Below are positions 21,466-26,912 of a stretch of 26,912 bases of DNA, piece after piece. The DNA is from a virus (lineage: Duplodnaviria > Heunggongvirae > Uroviricota > Caudoviricetes), in the IMG/VR virus record IMGVR_UViG_3300033124_000732. One strand, 5' to 3'. The notes below the pieces were generated by a model. That model had not been told where the DNA came from. It ran no database searches and saw nothing but the letters and a program-made list of their open reading frames with translations. Both the position numbers and the translations under genes were made by a program. Every line of letters begins with the position of its first letter. The stretch's first letter is position 1.

Positions 21466-23728
21466 TGTCCACCACTATGATTCCATCAGCGTTCACACTG
21501 GCCACAACTTCCACCGGGATGTCTGCTTGAACATCAAACACAATTTCATCCGCCACAACATCAGCAGTGATTGAGCAATCACGCAAGCGATCAAACAAGA
21601 TCTTCTTGCTCAACGGCACACGGATCAATTCGTCAATCTTGCGAGAGAGTGGTCGCGCACCCATCTTCGAATCGTAGCCTTTGTCAGCAAGTGTGTCAAC
21701 GGCTGATTCGGATAGATTGAGGAGTATACCTTTTGCAAGCAAACGCGTTTTGAGTTCATCCACAAACTTGACCACAACTTTCTTGATGGCCAAGGTGTCC
21801 AGCTTGGCAAACTTGACAATCTGGTCAATCCTGTTGCGCAGTTCAGGCCTAAAGAACTCTTTGAGGGCTCGGTCATCTTCACCAGTCTTTTCAAAGCTAC
21901 CAAAGCCGATGTTATTTGCTTCCGAATCTCGTGCTCCTAAGTTTGAAGTCATGATGATGATAGTGTTCTTTAGATCCACACTCTTGCCGTTTGCACCTGT
22001 GATGCGACCTTCGTCCAACATCTGCAACATGATGTTTACCACATCAGGGTGTGCTTTTTCAATTTCGTCAAACAACAACACAGCAAATGGGCTCTTGCTG
22101 ATGTCAGAGATCAGTTTGCCACCACTCACATTAGAGTCGTCAAATCCCACGTAGCCAGGAGGAGCACCAATCAAACTTGATACAGTATGGCGTTCTTGAT
22201 ATTCACTCATGTCATATTTCAACAGTTTCATGTCCAAGTTGTCGGCTAACAATCGAGCCAATTCTGTTTTGCCTGTGCCTGTGGGACCCAGGAACAAGAA
22301 ACTAGCAATGGGCTTTTTGTCTTGACCAATACCTGAGAAGTTGATGTACACACGTTCTAGCACCGAGTCTACTGCGGCGTCTTGACCATACAACCGTTGT
22401 TTGATGTTTGAATCCAGTTCCACAATCTTTGCAGAACGCTCGTTCTGCAAGCGATCCATGGGTACAGAAGTCACACGCGATACCTGTGCCATGATTTGAT
22501 CCCTAGTGACTTTGATTGTACCAGCATCTTTCACACGCTCTCTAGCACAGGCAGCATCCAACAAGTCAATTGCTTTGTCAGGATTCTTTTTGTCGTGAAT
22601 GTATCTGTTGCCAAACTCCACAGCACTCATTATGGCATCAGTTTCGATCAGCACATTGTGAAACGTTTCCAGCCGGGGAGATAAGCCAATAAGAATCTGC
22701 TCTGTGGTCGCAGTATCCGGCTCATCAATACTCAAGCGGTAGAATCTACGCATGAGTGCGCGATCTTTCTCAAACGATTCATAGTATTCTTCCCAAGTGG
22801 TTGACCCAATAACTTTCAAACTGCCCTTGGTAATAGCAGGCTTCAACATGTTGGCAAAGTCTAATGAACTGTTTGAACCTGATCCAGCACCACGCATGGT
22901 GTGTGCTTCGTCAATGAACAGGATGCATTTCTTCTTGGCTTCTAAGGCCGCAATCACTGCCTTGAACTTTTCTTCAAACTCACCGCGATACTTGGATCCT
23001 GCCAGCAGTGTGCCAATCTCTAGCGACCATACTTCGTGATCTTTCAAGAACTCTGGCACGTTGCCGGCTATGAGTTCTTGTGCCAGTCCATCCACAATGC
23101 AAGTCTTGCCCACACCAGGATCGCCAACCATCAGCACATTTGATTTGAATCTACGAGCCAACACAGCAATCATTTCTGCCAGTTCTTCTCGTCGACCAAT
23201 CAACGGCTCCAACTGATTGTTTCGGGCGCTATCAGTAAGATTGGTACAGTATTCTGTCAAGATTTCTGTGGCCTGTTTGTCAGTCATTTTGACGTCTTGT
23301 CGATTGTAGCTGGACTCCCAGTGTTTCACAAACTCAGTCTTTTTCACGCCATACTTGAGAAAGAAGTAGTGTGCGTGGCTGTTGGTTTCGGCCATGATTG
23401 ACAGATACAAGTCAATAGTGGTCATTGCTCGACGCCCTGTAAACATCACCTGCACATTGGCCCTGTTGAATATGCGTTCAATGGTCTGTGTTTTCTTTGG
23501 CTGATAGTCTTCTGTTTTTGTGATACTGCGCAGACTGCTCAAGTAATTCACAATTTCTTGTTCCATCTGTGTGACTTCCACACCAAATCGATCCAGGCAC
23601 TTGCGGAATGGATCGTACTGAATCAGTGCCAGCAATAAATGCTCTGTGATCACAAACTCATGTTTCTCAACACGAGCAATGCTCACTGCTTGTTCAATGA
23701 TGTGTTCAATTTCGGGATTTTGTTGCAT
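21455..23728 (-). CDS. clpA: ClpA-type Hsp100 AAA+ chaperone / protease ATPase subunit
   Basis: Clp N-domain, Walker A GDPGVGKT and GPTGTGKT, pore loops GSKYRG and GYVG, ClpP-docking IGF loop (NNIGFG), and no ClpB middle coiled coil. ATG 23728 is preferred (AAGGA 5 nt upstream). Confidence 0.92.
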   Translation of the reverse strand: MQQNPEIEHIIEQAVSIARVEKHEFVITEHLLLALIQYDPFRKCLDRFGVEVTQMEQEIVNYLSSLRSITKTEDYQPKKTQTIERIFNRANVQVMFTGRRAMTTIDLYLSIMAETNSHAHYFFLKYGVKKTEFVKHWESSYNRQDVKMTDKQATEILTEYCTNLTDSARNNQLEPLIGRREELAEMIAVLARRFKSNVLMVGDPGVGKTCIVDGLAQELIAGNVPEFLKDHEVWSLEIGTLLAGSKYRGEFEEKFKAVIAALEAKKKCILFIDEAHTMRGAGSGSNSSLDFANMLKPAITKGSLKVIGSTTWEEYYESFEKDRALMRRFYRLSIDEPDTATTEQILIGLSPRLETFHNVLIETDAIMSAVEFGNRYIHDKKNPDKAIDLLDAACARERVKDAGTIKVTRDQIMAQVSRVTSVPMDRLQNERSAKIVELDSNIKQRLYGQDAAVDSVLERVYINFSGIGQDKKPIASFLFLGPTGTGKTELARLLADNLDMKLLKYDMSEYQERHTVSSLIGAPPGYVGFDDSNVSGGKLISDISKSPFAVLLFDEIEKAHPDVVNIMLQMLDEGRITGANGKSVDLKNTIIIMTSNLGARDSEANNIGFGSFEKTGEDDRALKEFFRPELRNRIDQIVKFAKLDTLAIKKVVVKFVDELKTRLLAKGILLNLSESAVDTLADKGYDSKMGARPLSRKIDELIRVPLSKKILFDRLRDCSITADVVADEIVFDVQADIPVEVVASVNADGIIVVDNEK

Positions 23729-23751
23729 TAGCATCCTTGGTAGTTTTTGTT

Positions 23752-23780
23752 ATTATACTGCAATTTCAAACAGCATGCAA
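23752..23780 (-). promoter_or_regulatory. Sigma70-type promoter for clpA
   Basis: TTGCAT (23775-23780), 17-nt spacer, TATAAT (23752-23757). Confidence 0.8.
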
Positions 23781-23789
23781 GTGTTTTGA

Positions 23790-23795
23790 TATTTA
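23790..23795 (-). promoter_or_regulatory. Possible late promoter box TAAATA upstream of clpA
   Basis: Includes the dnaJ stop codon; 61 nt upstream of the clpA ATG. Confidence 0.4.
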
Positions 23796-24578
23796 TTCAC
23801 GGTATTTTTCAATGGCTTCGAGCAATTCGGGGCGAATGGTTTTGGGTATTGTGGGCATCACACGGATCATGAGATCACCAGTGTTGCCTGATCGATCACG
23901 CAGGCCATGTCCACGCAATCTTATGAGTGTTTTGGGTTGTGTATACGGCGGCATGCTAGTGGTCAATTGGGATCCGGTAAGTGTTTGTACTGTGATATCT
24001 GATCCTAGAATCATGCTCCAGATATCTGCTGTGACATCAGTCACAAGGTCTAGACCATTGCGTTGCCATAAGGGATCTGGATGCACTCTAAACTGTATGA
24101 CCAAATCTCCTCCACCAGGTGCTAGGCCCTGATACTGCACGTTGTCACCATCATTGATACCAAGTGGTATTTCCACTTCAATGGTGCTTTGTCCGTGTGG
24201 TGTGCCCACTGCTACTGGTCGAGTACCACCTTGTGCCACATCAGTCATGCGGATCCATAACGTCATTCTGGTGTGCGATTGCTGTCTACGTGGTTGTTGC
24301 CCAAATGGTGATTGGCCACCAAACATGCTTGAAAAGATGTCATTCATGTTGAAGTGTGCGCCACCAGGCATGCCAGAAAACTGAGGGCGTGGATTGTCGT
24401 AGTCAGCTCGTTTGGCAGCATCGCCTAGGGTGTCATAGGCTGCTTGTATCTCTTGAAACTTTTGGGTATTGCCACCTTTGTCAGGATGATGCTGTGAGGC
24501 CAACTTGCGGAAGGCTCGTTTGATTTCATCCGGTGTGGCAGTTCGGGCAACACCTAGTGTGGCATAATGGTCAGACAT
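23793..24578 (-). CDS. dnaJ: Class B J-domain co-chaperone (DnaJ/CbpA-like, no zinc finger)
   Basis: J domain with HPD (QHHPDKGG), a G/F-rich linker, no CxxCxGxG repeats, and a C-terminal GDL...GLRDRSGNTGDL domain. Confidence 0.92.
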   Translation of the reverse strand: MSDHYATLGVARTATPDEIKRAFRKLASQHHPDKGGNTQKFQEIQAAYDTLGDAAKRADYDNPRPQFSGMPGGAHFNMNDIFSSMFGGQSPFGQQPRRQQSHTRMTLWIRMTDVAQGGTRPVAVGTPHGQSTIEVEIPLGINDGDNVQYQGLAPGGGDLVIQFRVHPDPLWQRNGLDLVTDVTADIWSMILGSDITVQTLTGSQLTTSMPPYTQPKTLIRLRGHGLRDRSGNTGDLMIRVMPTIPKTIRPELLEAIEKYRE

Positions 24579-24586
24579 AGCTAGTA

Positions 24587-24615
24587 ATTATACTACGTCC
24601 AACCAGCGTTGTCAA
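24587..24615 (-). promoter_or_regulatory. Perfect-consensus sigma70 promoter for dnaJ (near-leaderless)
   Basis: TTGACA (24610-24615), 17-nt spacer, TATAAT (24587-24592), only 8 nt before ATG 24578; no SD. Confidence 0.9.
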
Positions 24616-24619
24616 ATCC

Positions 24620-24826
24620 TTACTTCTTTTCAGGAACTTTTTCGCCATCCAGCTTTTTGTGCTGTTTGATTTCTTTGCAGTTCTGTTTGACTTTACCGTT
24701 CTTGTCCTTGACTTCTTTGCCTTCTTTGTCTTTGACGTCTACACAGACCTTTCGGGTTTGTTTGGGTTCGTCAGCCACAGCTGGCAAGCAAAGAATCAAT
24801 CCTGCTACAAATATAATATTTTTCAT
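24620..24826 (-). CDS. Small exported Lys-rich protein with two Cys
   Basis: Signal-peptide-like MKNIIFVAGLILCLPAVA/DE, with a mature CV...NC pair. Confidence 0.7.
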   Translation of the reverse strand: MKNIIFVAGLILCLPAVADEPKQTRKVCVDVKDKEGKEVKDKNGKVKQNCKEIKQHKKLDGEKVPEKK

Positions 24827-24827
24827 T

Positions 24828-25355
24828 TTATCTCTCTGGAAAATCTGTAATGACTGGGGGTGCTTTTTTGCCTCCCCATCCCGCTGTTACGTCTGCGGTG
24901 GCTGTTGTACCCCAAGCGGCAGCGGTGGGTACGCCATAGCCTGCTGACACAGGGGTGCCGAAACTTTGGGTAATTGTTGTGGCCACTGGTGCACCAAAGT
25001 TACTGGGCTGTTGTCCCACTGCTGGCGGCGGCGTATATGTTGTACCCACATTCGGTGGTAGTTGGATTCCTCCATTGTTGGCTCCTCCCAGTTTTTCTTG
25101 TGTGCGACCATAAGCCGCAATACCCAGCACAGCACCCATGGCAATGTGATACAAGCCTGCACCTTGCAGTGTAATAGGTTGCCACTGCACGTTGACTTGG
25201 CCTTTGCTTACACTTTGCAGAATTGACCATAGCACTGGAAATATCACAAAGTCTGCAATACAGGTCAGCATGTATGACCAACCCATCATTGGACGCCATT
25301 TGGAGTTCATCCAATCTTCTTTTTTCTTTTCTGACTCTGACATTTTTGTTGTCAT
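24828..25355 (-). CDS. Holin-like membrane protein (GTA 3TM holin family-like)
   Basis: KWRPMMGW, hydrophobic segments, WQPITLQG.GLYHIAMGAVLGIAAYGRTQEK, then a Pro/Gly/Thr-rich tail. SD GAGGT upstream. Confidence 0.7.
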   Translation of the reverse strand: MTTKMSESEKKKEDWMNSKWRPMMGWSYMLTCIADFVIFPVLWSILQSVSKGQVNVQWQPITLQGAGLYHIAMGAVLGIAAYGRTQEKLGGANNGGIQLPPNVGTTYTPPPAVGQQPSNFGAPVATTITQSFGTPVSAGYGVPTAAAWGTTATADVTAGWGGKKAPPVITDFPER

Positions 25356-25366
25356 ATGTTACCTCT

Positions 25367-26113
25367 TTAGAATGGTACGGTTGCAGTTTGTGTCACTGTG
25401 CCGTTATTGGTTACAGTTTGTGTGCCTGATGTGTCTGTAGTCACCGCCGCACCCAACATCAAGTATTTGGTGTTAGCCAGACTGGGCAATGGCGCCGACG
25501 GTGCTGTAACTGTACTACTGGTGCTGTTATACACAGCCGACCCAACAGTGATTCTAAGGTTAGTTATAAAGCCAGGCCAATATCCACCATAGAATCTGCC
25601 TATCCAGTTACAGACACCTGTGTAATCAAGATTGTTAACCTGTGTTCCCCCGCTCACACTAGAACCTCCTGCGGCAGCAGTAGCACGATTACAAGTCACA
25701 TAAGCACTAGTATTGACAAAAGTGCCTACCCACATAGTTTCTACTAGTGTACTAGCATTACGGATGAGGATGAGGTACTGCCACTGATTGACTTGTAAGG
25801 TGTTATTGGGAAAAGTATAAGTTCTAGCACCTAGGCCGCCGTATTTGTCCAAGGTAAATGACTGTGCATCATTGTTGAATAAACTTAGGGCAGCCGATTG
25901 ATCTGTAGCAACAAATCCCTTTTGGGCAGCGTAGGTACTGTTGTTGTAGAACCAGCCTTCTATAGTGTAAGCACCGCTACCTAACGCAAATCCTGGTGTC
26001 ATTGAGAGATATTGACTGCTGCCGTTAAATTGCAAACTACCCGCAAGTGCAGTATAACTTACTGAACTAGCAGGCACAATATTGTTCATACCGCTCATCA
26101 TGATTCCGCTCAT
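25367..26113 (-). CDS. Concanavalin A/LamG-like domain protein, putative tail fibre/receptor-binding component
   Basis: SLQFNGSSQYL, YTIEGWFY, NQWQYLILIR and GFITNLRIT LamG-like pattern. Confidence 0.75.
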   Translation of the reverse strand: MSGIMMSGMNNIVPASSVSYTALAGSLQFNGSSQYLSMTPGFALGSGAYTIEGWFYNNSTYAAQKGFVATDQSAALSLFNNDAQSFTLDKYGGLGARTYTFPNNTLQVNQWQYLILIRNASTLVETMWVGTFVNTSAYVTCNRATAAAGGSSVSGGTQVNNLDYTGVCNWIGRFYGGYWPGFITNLRITVGSAVYNSTSSTVTAPSAPLPSLANTKYLMLGAAVTTDTSGTQTVTNNGTVTQTATVPF

Positions 26114-26912
26114 TATGTTAGTCCTGTTCCGTTAATGAACCAAACATTGGCTGCGGTGTTCATAATGGTGGCCATACCAAATGTGCTCAACACTCTGTTG
26201 CCTGCAGTTGCATTGCCTGCTAGATAGAGGCTTACGCCTGTACCTTGATTTATCAAAATGTTTCCTGTGTTGGCATTCACAATTGAAATAGCAGTTCCTA
26301 CTGGCCAGGCAACTGAAGAGTTATCGGCAATGGTTAGTGACAAGTTTGAAGCACTAGTCGAATAGTAATGTTTGCCACTGTCTGTGAGTGCAGTGGTGGT
26401 GTTGGCAGCAAGACTTATTTGAGGAATATTCAAGTAACCAATGGAGTAGTTGGCTGTGGTCACTGTGGCTGTGTTGCCGGTGATGCTCAAACTTGCTGTG
26501 TTGGTCAATCCTGCTGTGGTCACGTTGCCACCAGTAATGTTACCAGTTGCTGAAATCAAACCGGCAGTTAAGATGTTGCCACCACGTATGTTGCCAATAG
26601 CAGAAATATTACCAGTAAAGCCACTTCCAATGGTTAAATTACCGCCAACGATATTTCCAGTAGTACTAATAAACCCAAACGAATTAGTTTGAAAAATATT
26701 TCCTGTGGTAATAAAATTACCAGACATTGTCAAAGTACTAGTGCCTATCCCAGTGACTGCATTTACATTACTAGCGTCAATGTTCCCAGTTGCAGATATC
26801 AATCCACTTGTTAACAAATTGCCAGCATCTATATTTGCGCTTGCTGATATTGTGGTTCCTGTGAGTGATGTGGTGCTAACATTGCCGCTGGTAATGTTGC
26901 CTACTACGCTGA
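26113..26912 (-). CDS. Tail-fibre-like protein, C-terminal part (start lies beyond the window)
   Basis: The frame stays open upstream of the 26817 TTG to the window end (SVVGNITSGNVSTT...). Contains GN(I/V)xGGNxxTxGLISATGNI repeats and a C-terminal GYLNIPQ...WFING domain. Confidence 0.8.
   Translation of the reverse strand, partial: SVVGNITSGNVSTTSLTGTTISASANIDAGNLLTSGLISATGNIDASNVNAVTGIGTSTLTMSGNFITTGNIFQTNSFGFISTTGNIVGGNLTIGSGFTGNISAIGNIRGGNILTAGLISATGNITGGNVTTAGLTNTASLSITGNTATVTTANYSIGYLNIPQISLAANTTTALTDSGKHYYSTSASNLSLTIADNSSVAWPVGTAISIVNANTGNILINQGTGVSLYLAGNATAGNRVLSTFGMATIMNTAANVWFINGTGLT

Noticed and set aside
21455-23734. ClpB call
   Set aside because: There is no middle coiled-coil domain between the AAA modules, and an IGF ClpP-docking loop is present.
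24620-24826. o-spanin lipoprotein
   Set aside because: LILC is not a canonical lipobox; an AVA signal peptidase I site fits better, and there is no i-spanin partner.
188-26692. Many 60-160 aa ORFs antisense or out of frame to longer genes (e.g. 11235-11531, 21681-22154, 23737-24132, 9398-9745)
   Set aside because: They are shadows of well-supported genes, with no motifs, ribosome-binding sites or promoter support.
1-26912. Stop-codon reassignment: no supported gene ends in TAG
   Set aside because: All the genes I called end in TAA or TGA, but no gene is interrupted by an in-frame TAG or TGA. The 5-kb ORF, ClpA and polB read through under code 11. This shows avoidance only, not recoding.
26113-26912. 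Diversity-generating retroelement or CRISPR-like repeats in the tail-fibre region
   Set aside because: The repeats are degenerate coding GN..GGN fibre units. There is no template/variable repeat pair, reverse transcriptase or spacer array.

Overview
Gene-dense fragment of a large tailed dsDNA phage with T4-like regulatory logic, probably an uncultured jumbo/huge phage. About 33 CDSs, all but three on the minus strand. From left to right: (1) a replication end with a partial family B DNA polymerase, a sulfotransferase-like insert and a T4 DsbA-like protein behind a near-consensus sigma70 promoter; (2) a late operon containing Dps and ending in a candidate structured RNA; (3) a six-gene convergent glycan/tailoring locus (radical SAM, two DUF6492-like, GT10-like, SGNH, PIG-L-like); (4) a block of modular proteins including a 1668-aa polyvalent protein (nucleotidyltransferase, HExxH peptidase, amidoligase, six repeats, RibD-like deaminase) and an HxGH nucleotidyltransferase fusion; (5) ClpA and DnaJ, a 3TM holin-like gene and tail-fibre-like genes. 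The most interesting signal is a candidate virion cargo system. Several late proteins share an N-terminal motif resembling the T4 capsid-targeting/Alt leader, and their domains are separated by hydrophobic-x-Glu sites resembling prohead-protease cuts. This suggests packaged polyproteins that are cut into separate effectors. Many late genes also have a TAAATA box only 4-8 nt before the ATG with no Shine-Dalgarno, implying leaderless transcripts. All family assignments come from motif recognition by eye; no searches were run. No CRISPR array, tRNA, rRNA or transposase was seen.
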